The notes under the pieces are model-generated. The model saw only the letters and a list, made by a program, of their open reading frames with translations, made no database searches and was not told the origin of the DNA. DNA of 55,357 nucleotides, counting the filler, from Sluysia triapertura (taxonomy: Eukaryota): NCBI GenBank assembly GCA_046118255.1. It is 4 parts of 4 records of this genome, joined end to end, with 100 filler letters (N's around TTAATTAATTAA, not from the genome) between each part and the next. Parts side by side here need not be neighbours in the genome. Positions count along the whole stretch, not along the records: positions 29,128 to 41,684 come from JBJNIA010099324.1; positions 41,785 to 55,357 come from JBJNIA010031825.1; 2 more parts are not named here. One strand, written 5' to 3'. Numbering within the stretch: position 1 is the first letter of the stretch; every line of letters starts with the position of its first letter. The position numbers were made by a program, and so were the translations under genes. Below, piece after piece: positions 36,211 through 49,900 of the stretch.

Positions 36211-37329
36211 ATAAAAAAAACTTACCAAATTAAAAAAAGGTGCGACAATATCAACAAATTATTGGATGAATCAGAAGAAAAAAATTCCAAAATAACCAAG
36301 TTGTACAGCAGCAATTAAGTGAACTTGCAAGACTATATGAATATTATTTAAAATGTATGGAAGACGTTATTAATTTTTTTAATGAAACAGTATCTTGGGA
36401 GTTGTAAATTATTAAATCATCTTGAAATTAGAAAACGAAGAGGCTATGCGTTGATTGGAAGCCAGGATTGAATATTTACAAGAATTATAGGGCTTGTCTG
36501 GAGATGGAGCAATAGAAATATCGATAGTTAACACTTACATTGTACAGGAATCGCCAGGTAAAGAAATGCTAAATCGAATTGAAGATGTTCAAAATATTTT
36601 AATGAAAAATTTCAAGAAAAATTAAACACATTAGAATTCGAAAAATGTTATCGTACGAATATCGAAGCCGAAATGTGAAACATTCCATTCGTCACCAACA
36701 GTCGTGATAGTCCAAATTACAGTACTGGTTCAATTTCACGAACTAGTACAGGAATTACTTCAGTATATCAACACATTTCCACTCGATTTGTACATTTAGT
36801 TAATATATTTAATCAATCGAGAGCCAAGATTGACAAACAAAAATTGTTCATCGAAACACATTTGGAAAATCTTCGCGATGTTATTATCGATCGTAGCATA
36901 ATTTTAATAATTACTACAAAAGACATGAGCATCCTTGTGAAAATTAATGTCTACAGTTGTATAATTAATTTTGTCTTATAATATCCATGATAGAACAAGG
37001 GTCCCTAACGATGGCGTGATTTTAAATAATGATTTCTCAATTTTTATAATTTCTTCCGCTTTCTGATTTTTATAATTCCTCTGACAATGTTTTGCAGGAT
37101 TGTGATAAAATCCTAGTCGCGTTGAAAGCAATTTGAATAATGAAAAGTAAAGCAGAAAATAGATATTCTATTCTAAATGTACATTAAATTTATAAAGTGA
37201 ATATTATTTTAAGAGTTAAGCGATTTAAAACGGGAAAGTATATTTCCATAAAATATAACAAAATATTCCTACCAACAATAATAACTACATAAATATGTTA
37301 TCATGGAAACATAACAAAATGACCCTAAC

Positions 37330-37701
37330 CCATATTATGTTGACTGGCATCGTTATTAATAGAAAAATCAGATTTATTCATAATGACACCATCAGTTGAT
37401 GTCGCCATATTAACTTGTTGTTGCTGTTGTTTAAAAATGTACGCTGTACTGTGAGTACTAGGAATAGCGCAAGGAGTTGCATATCTAAAAGATGTTAACA
37501 TTTGCAATGAACTTGACAAGTTATTTTGATTGGATAATAATAAATTAGAATTATTTTTATCGACTTCCCATGGATGATGTTCGATACTGGGACTGAACAT
37601 AATCAGATTGCTGGAATTTGGATGATTAGTTGACATGGTAACAGGAGTAAATTGGATACTGGACAAAGGATTTATTGAAGACACGTGAGACAAAGATGGT
37701 C
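37330..37701 (-). CDS. Exon (124 codons, phase 1-1) of an unidentified Ser/Gln-rich protein
   Basis: Acceptor AAATAG|GA, donor ATGG|GTTAG (or a stop at 37325 if terminal), 372 nt open with a poly-Q run. It splices in frame to exon 39074-39388. Confidence 0.65.
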
Positions 37702-38844
37702 CTATTTAATTAAATATAATTTATTTTCTTTCAACATAAAGTCAAATATTTCACAAAAATATTATAACAATTTCCTTAAATTAAATGAACTTCTTTTTTT
37801 TAGAAAAAACGCATTTTAATTTAAAGTAGAAAAACAATATTTGTTACTGAACAATTTATTGAAATACAATCAAGTTAGATAATAATCGAATAATTTTAAA
37901 ATCAATTTATTCAATTACACTTAATAGTATGTTTTTGACTCAAATCAAATTCAAGAAATTTAATATATAATTTATTAATTATAATTTATTAAAGCCAACA
38001 ACATAAAATAACAAAATTTATTTAAGTATAACAATTAATTAATTAATTAATTAAAGCTTCCAATCCAGCCAAGTTATTTTAGTGAGAATACTTGTAGATA
38101 TTGATGCAGAATATAAGATGGACAAGCAAACTGTCATTTGTTTCAAAATTTCAATTAATTTTTGAATGCACTTAACCACAATTAGAAACAGTTGATTTAT
38201 AAAGTATAAATGTATTTTTAATTTATTTTCTGATAATTTGCACATTTTAAAAAGGGTTTTGCAAATGGAAGTTCATTTTTATAAGATGTAAAGATTTGAT
38301 GATTATTATTCAGAAATTAAATTTTGATCTGAATATTTTCATTAGTTTTTTGAAATATATTTTACTTATTTTAAATTTAAATTAAACACCTGCTGCATAC
38401 AAGATTAAAGAAATTAATTCTATTATTTTTAAATAATTACATTCAAAATATTTACAAATTAGTTTTTGTCATAACCTAATAATATTTAGTACGCAGCAAT
38501 CAGGAATTTGATATTATTTAATTTAAAATTTTTTATATTGAAGATTAAAATTGAAAATATTTTCGAAAACATGGCAAAAAATACGAATGACTTCATTGTT
38601 GCAGAAATTGAGAATCATTAAAACGTTTGTTACATCATTTAATTCAAATATTAATTATAATGAAACAATCGCTGTTTTAATAAATACATCCATTTTCTGC
38701 GAATTTATGTATATGTTCAAAATGCATTCTTCATTAAAGAAGTTTTTATTCTAAGGTTGCAAAGTAACTATTTTTTCCGAAATTATGCGAAACAGTTTAG
38801 AATACTAGCACTATGATGCACTTAAGTAGTGTTGCATACTTAAA

Positions 38845-38995
38845 AACTCATTATCGGCCGTTGACGTAGTAATACGTCATTTTTTATTCGAAATTCAATA
38901 ATCACTGACGAAGTAATACGTTTTTAGACAGAATAACTTTGCTTGTGTTGCCATCAAACAATCGATTAAGAATTTAGTGGCAAGTTATGAGTTAA
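38845..38995. mobile_element. Small piggyBac-like MITE
   Basis: Begins AACTCATT and ends ATGAGTTAA. It contains two TGACG(T/A)AGTAATACGT motifs, with a related motif at ~30428. Confidence 0.35.
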
Positions 38996-39073
38996 TAAAT
39001 TATGATTCCATAATTTAGAATCCATTAATTTAAATCTTTGCCAATTAAAACCACACATAAAATTAAATTTAAC

Positions 39074-39388
39074 CTTGAATTATTGTTGAATTTTGGTTAG
39101 CAAATGAACTCGGAGGTTGTACGTCTGGAGAAGAAGATTTGGAACGAGTATGTACTGTTGAAAGAGACACAAAATTATCTTTTGTATTTTCATGAAATTG
39201 AGACATTTTATAATTAGTGTTATTTGCTACTGATGTTACTCCTGTACTTGTACTGATGCTATTGTTGTCAGTTTTACGAATGTCTGTTACTAAAGAAGGT
39301 TCACCAATATGTAGGTAATGTGATTCACCACCATAGTCATGGTGATTAACTTGAAGTATAGCAATTGGTGTAGTAGACCGAGCACTAT
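39074..39388 (-). CDS. Exon (105 codons, phase 1-1) of the same Ser/Thr-rich gene; not in the ORF track
   Basis: Acceptor CATTTAG, donor CAAG|GTTAAA, 315 nt open: SARSTTPIAILQVNHHDYGGESHYLHIGEPSLVTDIRK...SPDVQPPSSFANQNSTIIQ. G+GA forms Gly with the next exon. Confidence 0.7.
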
Positions 39389-39828
39389 CTAAATGTGAGA
39401 TATAAAACTATATAATTGTGGTAAGTTCTAAATTAATTTAAATTTAGCTATTTTTAAAGAGAATTACTGTTTTTATAAAAGATAAGCTTCAATAAAGTTT
39501 CAACAAAACATGTTAATTAGAAATTAATAATCAGAGAATGCACATATGACGAAAAATTTTGATATCATTTATAGGAAAATCATATCAAAATTACAAACAT
39601 ACGAACATTTTTTACATTAACAAAACACTAAATAAACTACTTGACTCATTCAAAAACACAGTCATCGTACATAATTATCATGAGTTATGGTTATTATTAT
39701 TTTAAATACTACTATCATTACTACTATCACTACTACTACCAGCATCACCGTTACTTTGATACCTGAAATTATGAAAAATAATAATTAAAATTAATAATTA
39801 AAACTTGTTCCAAAAATCGATACATTAA

Positions 39829-40111
39829 ATGCTATTGTTACTTAAATATGTATTATGTTTGATATTCCTTCATTTCTCATTCACATTAACGTATTTTGAA
39901 GATGGATACTACGTATTCGAAAAGGGAGATCTCAGTGTTGCATTAAATGATATTTATGTGAACATGAATGTAATTGATGGAGTAAGATGGTTATCAGTGA
40001 AGTCAGAAATTAAAGACTATATGTATGTGATGGGTATTTTATACTACAGTCTTGAAATTAATAAAAATTTATTAACGAAACAATCGTCAGATCTAATTCG
40101 TGAACTATTAG
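39829..40111 (+). CDS. Possible first exon of a secreted protein
   Basis: Signal-peptide-like MLLLLKYVLCLIFLHFSFT and a donor TTAG|GTACGA at 40112. No family was recognised. Confidence 0.3.
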
Positions 40112-40699
40112 GTACGATTAGATTTGTTTTTGTGATATTGTTTTTATTATATAATAAAGTTAAATTAAATTTTGTTGAATTGTTTATTTTACAATTAAGT
40201 GTTATTTTAAAAGGCATTAAGCCTAGTTTATTTCTTAGCGTGTTTATTTTTAAAATTTTAACTTTGTTAAATAGTTTGAAGTTAAAATTCTACTTGAAAG
40301 TTAATAAAATTTCAATTAAATTAAAGCCCTCCAAATCATTAAAATACTTCGGATTAGAGCAAATCTTAAGAAATTCTCCCGAATATAGTTATGTGAAGGA
40401 GGTACCTTTAATTCTGAAAAAAAATAATTAATTGAAAATGATGTGTAATTTTAGATTAACCATTATGCTTATTCAGTAGAGTGAATTGTTTATTAAAAGG
40501 TCGAATCATATTTATCGCAACCGAAACTAATCAAGAAAAGTCAGATATGGAAGTAACAAACTTAATTTGTACTAATTGTGACGGAGGCACACCTATTAGT
40601 CGAGTCAAATATTGATATATGACGATTCTGCGGCAAGAAATCAAAGGGACCAATTATATAAAGTCATTTACAAATACCCAAGAGAAATTAGATATAGGA

Positions 40700-41410
40700 G
40701 ATTAAACACGAAATACCTATAACAAGGGATAAAGAAACCATACGGAATACCATTATGTAATCAATCAATGTAATCAATCCATACTATAAAAAAGGCAGGA
40801 ATAATATACCAAGGTTTTCTGCATTTTCATCATCAGCGTTATTAGTCAAAAAGAAAGACGGTACAATGAGATTTTTATTTGATTTTAGGGAATTAAATAA
40901 CTAGAAAAGATCTTTTTCCATTACCGAGAAGAAATATTGGATAAACTAAGAAAAAGTGGTTAAATTCCACAATCCCATAATGTTTAAGATTCAAAGTTTT
41001 TTAGGACTTGCAAATTATTGTAGAAGATGCTTGATATTTCGCTACGGTAATGCAACCTTTAAGCAGATAAAAATGATGTAGAATTTAAATGGACAGAAGA
41101 GGAAACAATCGCAATTATTCATATAAAAGAAAAATTTACTACTGCTCCAAAATTACATTTCCTGCTATTAATAAACTTTATATTTTCAAAATGGATACTA
41201 GTAATTATGTACATGAGCAAAGAGATAGTAATAATTTAGGTGGTATAACATACACGATGACGTTTAAGCGAGCTGAAATAAATTGTTCTATTGTAGGAGA
41301 ATATCTTGCAATTGTAATATGAAGTAAGTCGATTAAATAGATGGTTTGCAAAATTATCAGAATTTGATTTAGAAGTTATTTTAAAATTAACCAGCACAGT
41401 GGAGCAATGA
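40700..41410 (+). mobile_element. Ty3/gypsy pol remnant (RT, connection, RNase H), heavily deleted
   Basis: IKHEIP..KKPYGIP; SSSALLVKKKDGTMRFLFDFRELN; KDLFPLPR..EILDKL; IQSFLGLANYCRR; EFKWTEE; KMDTSNY; RAEINCSIVGEYLAIV; RWFAKLSEFDLEV. Confidence 0.88.
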
Positions 41411-41442
41411 CATATACATCTAATATAAATTATGATTATTTC

Positions 41443-41684
41443 GGGAAAAGTAGAATATCCTATATGTAACTATAGTAGAATATGTAACTGTAGAGAACTC
41501 GTCATACGGTATCCATCATAATTCATCACATAATATTCACTATAACTCATCTCATATAGTTCATCACAACGCATCACTTAAAAACGATACACACATACAC
41601 AAACTATTAAACTCATTCAAAAGTAAACACGACCATCTCATCTAACTATCATGAACTATCATTATTATTATTACGATTTATATC
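41443..41684 (+). mobile_element. PPT and 3' LTR (truncated by the gap) of the gypsy remnant
   Basis: Purine tract GGGAAAAGTAGAA (41443-41455), then TGTAAC (41465 and 41483) and a G-poor tract. AAACTATTAAACTCATTCAAAA...TATCATGA resembles 39634-39700, a possible diverged 5' LTR. Confidence 0.55.
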
Positions 41685-41784
41685 NNNNNNNNNNNNNNNN
41701 NNNNNNNNNNNNNNNNNNNNNNNNNNNNTTAATTAATTAANNNNNNNNNNNNNNNNNNNNNNNNNNNNNNNNNNNNNNNNNNNN
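41685..41784. other. Artificial scaffold linker N44-TTAATTAATTAA-N44
   Basis: Same construct as at 13070. Confidence 0.97.
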
Positions 41785-42227
41785 AGGATTTGTCACAAAT
41801 TTTAACATTCAAAATTACTTTTATTATCGATTGTTTATAGTTTCACGTGCCATATTAAGAGATGTGAAAATAAGAAAACCAATTTTTGTATATTTAAACA
41901 TTTATTAGAGATAATCACTAAAATTCTTGCTCTCTGTGTGTGTCGGTAAAGAAATTAAAAGCATTATTTTCATTTTCATAGCTTACAAAGATAAGGTATT
42001 GTTTTATTACTAGCCGCTACTTAAGCGGCAGGTTGTTCAGGCTTGTTTTATTTTACAAAAATGCCGAAATTAAATTGTTTTTCTATTAAAAAGTTGTCCA
42101 AATTGCGGAGGAAGTGGTAGTCGGTGGGGTTTGGTCTGATGAGTATGAAGGATAATATGCAAATAGTTCTAATAATGCTCTTTATGTCTTAATTTTGAAT
42201 GATTAATCGACATTATTGAAATTTCAG

Positions 42228-43881
42228 GTACGAAGCATCAAAGTTGTCTCAGTTGGGTTTACACAAAGACTGTGACTTATTGTTACATAAATTGAATCAA
42301 ATGGAAACAACTTGCAATTCATTGAATGAACATATAACAGAAAAACGAAGCACTTTGTCTTTACAACATAAATCAGTGACGAATTTCGAAATAATAAAAT
42401 TAAATTTTGTGCGAAAATTACAAGAATGTATTAACCAATCGGAAGAGTTATTGAAACAAGATCAAAAATCACCAACCAATAAAAAGAAATTAAGTGTTGC
42501 TATTCAACAGTTTAATAAAGATCGTATGCAACCGTTGCAAAGTTTACTGGAAGAATTGGTGAAGCAAGGTCACGAGACTACTAGTACAATCACGAGTCAG
42601 GTAGGATCCAAACATATAAATCAAGAAATTGAAATGTGTCAGCAAAACTTCGATCGAATACTAACAAACATTTCAGCCGTAGAATTTAATATTGATAAAT
42701 CATTGATGGAAGAACAAAGATGTGAAAGTGCAGTGAATCATCTTACCAGTTTTATGAAAGAAATGGAGTCGGATTTGATTGGCGATAAAAATAAAAATAC
42801 TGTCCAATCATCTATCGAGTATCATCAAGCTAAGAGCCAATTAAATAATCACAAATTGTTATTGGAGAGATTAAAGAAACGATATCCAAGTCTTGAAGTA
42901 CTCACAACACAAATCGACAAAGTTTCTATGAATCCCGAACTTGTTCAGAAAATACAAAAATTAAATTTACAATATCAAAAATTGGTTACTGAAGCTCAAG
43001 AACAACAGAAATTATTCGAACGCGCCGTTAAATTAGCCAAGGCTTACAAGGAAAACTACGAACCTGCTCTTGTATGGTTAGAAACTGCCGAACGAGTACT
43101 GTCGAATCTTGATACTGATTCTGCGAGTTATTCGAATTCTTCTGGTGTTTTTGATAAACAAGAAATTCAGAAAAGATTGACAGATTGTCAGGTTATAATT
43201 ATTATCTATTTAAAGTTTAGTCATTATTTATTAACTTACTTGACCAATCAACTACGAATAATTCGTCATTGGATAATTTGGGCATTATTTTTCTATCGAT
43301 TTATTATTTAACAAATAAATATCAATATCAAATATTAAATGTGTACTATTAATAATGTCAATTTTAATTCACAAATTGTTGCTGTTGTTGTACTTAATAA
43401 TTTTATACTTTACAGCTAATTTACAATGATCCGAGTATTGAAGACAAATTAAAGAAATTAAAAGCAGTAAAGAATAAAATAAGTGGTGTTTTTGATTTAT
43501 CAGTAGAAAAAGACATCACAAGTCAAATCGATACATTGTTAAAACGCTCTGAACAGTTACAAAATGAATATACTGATAAAATTGATTTGATTTTAACGAA
43601 TAGTGAACAATATGCTTATTTTTTGAATCAAGCCAATCAAATGAATAATCAATACGATTTATTGACAAATAAAATTGAAGAATTTGACATGAGTTTAACC
43701 AATCAGTTTTCAATGAGAAATGATCTTGCAAATATTCAAGTAATTCACAAAATCTCACATTTAATCATATCTTATCACAATGCCTGCAAAATTATTGCTT
43801 ATTATTATTATATTATTATTAACGTTAACTATTAAATTTAGCATTATGCTTAATTATAATTATGCTCTCTAACTTGTAGTG

Positions 43882-43926
<45 letters not shown>

Positions 43927-46900
43927 AATCTACTAGAAGAAGTCATAAAACAAAAAGATCAACTTATTGAACTCAAAAACATCGAAGAACAACTGAAACA
44001 GACTACAAATGGTTAATAATTTAATTGTGCAATTATGTTGCTTTTATTCATTGCTATATGATTCATCTTAGTTATTTTTAATTATTAGTTATTATATAAT
44101 GTAATAAGGATAATAAGAATAATAAATATTAATTATAATGATAATAATAATTATTATTATTAACGGTAAGATAAAGTATTAAATGATATAATAATAAAGA
44201 TGTAGACACATTTGTTAGATATTATCATTTATTTCCATATTTCGATACAAATATCATTTTTCTGATAAAATCACCGTAAATTCATTCATGATTTGTGATA
44301 TAACAATCCGAGTTTGGTCGAACAAAAATCAATTTCGGTTCTATGAATCCAGAAATCGTTCAGAATATAAAAATAATTGGTAAATAAAACAAAATATCCA
44401 TATAAATATAAATGCAAAATGAAACCGAAAAACAAAATTTGCGTAAATTTTATTCGTTATAATTATATTTAGAACATTATTTATTTTATAGAAATAAAGA
44501 AAAGAATTATTGGCAAGTTTGACACGAAATATATCGCTTTTCTCATTTTATTTACACTGATATTTTCATTAATACAACACATCTTTTAGCTTTATCAGAA
44601 TGGGCGACAAAAATGTTGTAGGCCAAGCACATGCTAATTGAATCAAAAAGTTATCATCAATATTCAATTGTTCATGTGTACAATTAATTAAATAAAGAGA
44701 AACTTATTTTGTCCATTTTTAATAGCTTCAAACATGATCTGTTCGGTGTATACCGATTACAATCAATAATACACTTTTGGCTTCAATATTGCATTACCTT
44801 TTATTGGTATTAAATAGTTGCAAAAAATTATCGTCGTATTCTTCCTTAAAAGTTTCATCTTCCATTTTAAATGGTGTATTTAAACATAAATTATTTTTAA
44901 AAATCTAAAATTAAAAAAGATATAATAAAATCAAAGAAATATAACAAAGCCTATTATATCTATTATTATTGTGTTATCAGCCAATAAAAGTTAAGTATAA
45001 CTTTTGTTTCAATTACTTACGTTTATAAGTAACTAAGTTTATACTAAAACATTTTTTGAATGAAATATTTGTTTATTGCAGATAAATCAAGTTCACAATT
45101 GTTGCAATATCGATTTAAACAGTTAAAAGATATGTATGAAGATATATACGAAAAAGCACAACAAAAAGTTGTGCTATTCGAAACAGCAGTTCCTCTTGCT
45201 GAACGGTTTTTAACATCAAGTAATAAACTTGATCTAGTTTTGGAATCTTTGCATTCGAATATTCGACAAAGTGAACAAGAAAAAGAAGACAAACGTGACG
45301 AGACGGATTATTTGGAAAGCGAAGTAAATGTGGTTGAAAAAATCGTTTCACAAGCTCGCGATGATTTGTCAGAATTAAAGATGACTACGGCACCGAATTT
45401 CCGAGGATCTATGCAAGATCTCGAACAGAAACTGGTTCAAAATGAACAAAAATTTCATAGTCTTCAGAAAGAAGTCACTCAGAAAGCGATTAAGATTGGA
45501 ACAAATAAAACTAAAGCAAAGATTCAAGAAGATAAATTAAAGGATTGTTTTGAAGTTATTGGTGCGGTAAAGAAACAGTGTGATGAACTGTTGTCGAAAA
45601 TAAGCGATAATTATGTGGAATTGTGTAACGAAGAGACTCAAAGTCAATTAAAACAGCTCAACAAAACCTGGGATAATGAAAAAGACTTAATTCGACAAAC
45701 TATCGAGGATAGTAAACGATTGGTTCGACAAGCACCAAACATTGAGCTTGGTAGCTTGAAAAAGAGTGCTGATCGAGCTCGTAGAGAAGCAATGTGTATT
45801 ACAGTTGCTTTAGAAAGTTGTAATGGAAAAATGAATGAAATTGGAACATTGGCTAACAATTATGTGAATAATAAATCAGATATGTGGGATTGGATTAAAA
45901 ATTATCAAGATAAATTATTTGAAATGGATTCTGGAAGTGGTACATCAAATTTAGTCGAAGATATGGACTCATTTCTTGATCGATTAAAGTTAATGATGTT
46001 AGAAGTGGAAGATCAAAAACCTCTATTAGATCGAATAAGTAAGACAGGTTATGCTTTGTCTCGACAAATAGATCCTCGTCAAAGTAAAGAAATACAAGCT
46101 GATATTGATGAATTACAAAATCAATATGGGCAATTGAAACAACAAGTGCAAACCAAAATAATTCAAATCGAAGAGATGCTACAAATCAATTCAGAGGTTA
46201 TTATTACTACTATTATTGTTATTATTTCGGTTTAGTTTTTTGAAAAACTAGATCAACTGGCCAGTAATACAATGTCATTAAGTGATAGACTAAGTCTGTA
46301 TTCGAAACCATCAACTCAAATTGATAAATTGAATGAACAATTGTCATCAATTGAAGATATTGAATTCGATTTATCGAAAATCACCCATCAGCTTGATCGA
46401 ATTCATAAATTGAATTTTGAAAAATTCGGCAATTTGCAAAATAGAAAATCAGCATCTAATTTAATTGATACAAATATTGAAACTGATCCATGTTAGATTT
46501 GAATTTTATAATTATTACTAGCTTACTTATAATGTTAAGTAGATAATATTTTGTTATTAAGTAATAACAATTATAAAGTTAAATATAATTGGTTTATTTT
46601 TTTAGATTGTTTTTCTAAACGTTTACGTAAGATTTGTTTTTGTTTATTTTGTATTTATTTATTTATTTATGTTTGATGGATACTTATTTTGCTTTTTGTT
46701 GTATAAATTTTTTAATATGTTTTATAATAATCAACACAATCAATAACTTGCACAATTTATATACACAGTGCAATTTATTTAATAATGGCAAACATTTTCT
46801 ATTATTAGATATCTCAATAATTAACAAAAGTTACTAGAGAAAACTGTGTTATAGTTCGATAGAAAAGAACTGTTAAAATTAGTAACATTGGGGTTTTAAC

Positions 46901-49900
46901 ACTAGGTTTCAAAATAGTTTTATATTAAATTTCAATTAATTTAATTTAATTATTCATTAAGAAAACTTTAATCCTTTTTACTCCAATAATATTATGAAAT
47001 TATTTTCAACCAATCCCAAATAAACAAAATGTAACACATATATTATACGATAGTGTAAAATTCTAACTGAAATTAAAATTGCGACACTATTTAACCTCTT
47101 TTTAATTTGAAATTATTTATCAAAGTTTAACCATTTTTTTTCAATTCATGTTTTAACTTTTCGTATAATAATTGTTAAATTTATTTAGTGGTATAATTTT
47201 CCTTCAGCTAATGCTAGATCTAAATATACACTTTTTGGTTGAAATAGGTATACACAAAATCGTGCAGAAATAGTGATAATAAATAATAAGCATTGTGTTT
47301 TGTATGCTTTTGTGTATGTTTTTGTATGGCATTTGGTTTTAGATTTAGTATAAAATGCATTTTGGTCGTACAATTTATCTTAGTTATTAAATAAAGTAAA
47401 TTTTCTATAAATATTTTTGGGAAAGATATGAAATATCTTATTTAAAGGTAAACATTTGAATGTATTAATACAGTGTTTCCCCGAAAATAAGACCTAGCGT
47501 GATGTTTCACGGTGGTTTTAAAATAAGCCCTGGCTGATAGCCGAATAATGATATCTAATAAAAGTCAATAAATGCCTTGAGACGATGTTCAATGCATTCT
47601 TTAGCACCTGATTCTTTATTTAAAGCACAATTATTTTTAAATTACAATACATTCTGAGATACTTTCATTGTCAAAGCATTCTGATTAAGATTCACTTTCA
47701 GACAATCCTCCAAGTAAGATTTTCTTAGCTATTATCAAACTCGACGCACAATATCCATGAGAGAATGACCTAAAATAATGAAAATCGGTTAAATTAAGAA
47801 TGTTTAATTGATTTATAGTTAGTTGTTTTTAAACATAAAACGTGTTATTCATTAAGTAAATGTAGATCGGTTTTCATGTTTGTTGTATATTTAGAAATTT
47901 CATAATTCTCTACTTTGTAACTTTCTTTTTCGATAGATGAAAATAGAACAACCCCAAAAAATAAGCCATATTGTCATATTTTGGATAAAATACGGTAGTG
48001 TGTCATGAATAAAATAAAGACGAATCCATTAGGATACCATTAGATATTTTAGCATAGCATTCCATATTTATTTATCAAACTCTAAATTGTTGCTATCGAT
48101 GGACTTTGTACTCTTAGACAAATTGGATAATTTGCTTATGTAATCATTTTTTTGCAAAGTGCTTCATTATGATTTTGTATTCTACATTTATACCCTCTTT
48201 TTGGTGTACAGAAGACTTCACTTTACTATTTGAAACATATACCTATTGTATTTCAAATTAAATTGAACGTGCCAAATAATCAATTAGATACAAACAATAT
48301 ATCTTATTTCAATTTGGTAAACTTTATTAAATCCTTGTTTTTGATTAAAGTTTTTGTAGGTTTAATTTTTTTATAGTTGCCACATTTCAATGCAAAAAGA
48401 ATAAATTACGTTTTACAAAATTTAAAATAGAAATTATGATTAACAATAAATGAAACAAGGATTAATAAAATATAATAATTATAACAAAATTGTAAGAATA
48501 ATATTTACTTATCGTGCTTGTTCCTGTTTTTAAGAATGTTTTTATTTTTATATTATATTGCTATACAAGAAATAATAATGATAATAATGATAATAATAAT
48601 AATAATAATAATTCCAGTAAATTTTAAGTAACAAAAAATTTAATATCCGTAGTTTGGTATTTGTCATGATCATTTAGATGCATCATCGATTTGTTACAAA
48701 AAAAGTGATAATTCATAGATGATGAATTAATGGTTTGGAGTTGTTTTAATTCCATGAACCCCCAAATTTTCATTTTTATCCATATTCTCCGACAAAGTTT
48801 TAATTGATTTAACCGTTTATATGCTATAAGGTACAATCGACTATATAGCTACAACTTGAAGTAGGAAATAACTGACGAAAACTAGATCCTAATCTACATG
48901 CAACGGACATCAGAATATTTGTAATTGTTTTCTAAGATTAAAACACGACTAAAAGTACTACATTAGAAACTGTTCATATTTCTGTAGTTTATAACTCCAT
49001 TTTACAGGTACGTTTTTGAAAATTAAAATTATTAAAATTTTTGTTCATCGTCATTACTCCCAAAAATTTTACTTTATCCCATTTGGGGGGGTGTAATTTA
49101 ACCTGGCCCCGACTGCAGCAGTAATGTAATTTTCAGCTGCAAACGTTCTACTCTTTTAATGTCAGTTTAGACTTCTCATTTTTATTTAAACATTGATGAA
49201 TCTTTAATTTATTAGTCTAATTTAACCGAACTTAAATAAAAATTAGATATCAGAAACTTCAAATTTAATAGATATATTTTGTATTTACAAATGTTCAAAA
49301 CTTCAATACAAACACGACATCTCCTGACAACACTGCGACATACTTTCTTGAAAGTTCGGTTCCATTCCATAAGATGCATTCTGGAAAATCTGATGATTCT
49401 TCACAAAGTGTACAAAATTCTCACAAAATTATAATCGTTTATCAGAGTCATCTTCATTTAGGGCATGAAGAAGATGAGGTCTCTGTGGTTAGATACGGTG
49501 GAATGAGATTCGAGGAGATTTATCCATGTTTTCAGACGACCTTCTTTAGTAGCATTTGACACACTTAAAATTTGGATACAAGATTGAACATTGTCGACTT
49601 ACTCTGTACAGGTGTTCTGAAGTTTGCATCCCATCTTTCTTCAACATACTTGTAGGTAGTCCTTGCATAGTAATTCTTACTAACGAAGATACGTTCGTTT
49701 AAATCTAAAGTCCTTAGCTGCATTTTCTAAGAATGAGGTTCCAGAAGGACACTGAACAAAAATCAATAAGATCACTCAGAAGGAAATGAATAGTAACGAA
49801 GATAGCATAAAATGACATAAAAGAAGAAATTATATTTGTCGTTCATCGATATCTAATTTTTATTTTATTTATTTATTTCGGTTACTTTTATTATTTTTAT

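Noticed and set aside
43516-45859. Minus-strand and alternate-frame ORFs (43516-43758, 45044-45292, 45115-45351, 45644-45859)
   Set aside because: They overlap spectraplakin exons and have no independent support.
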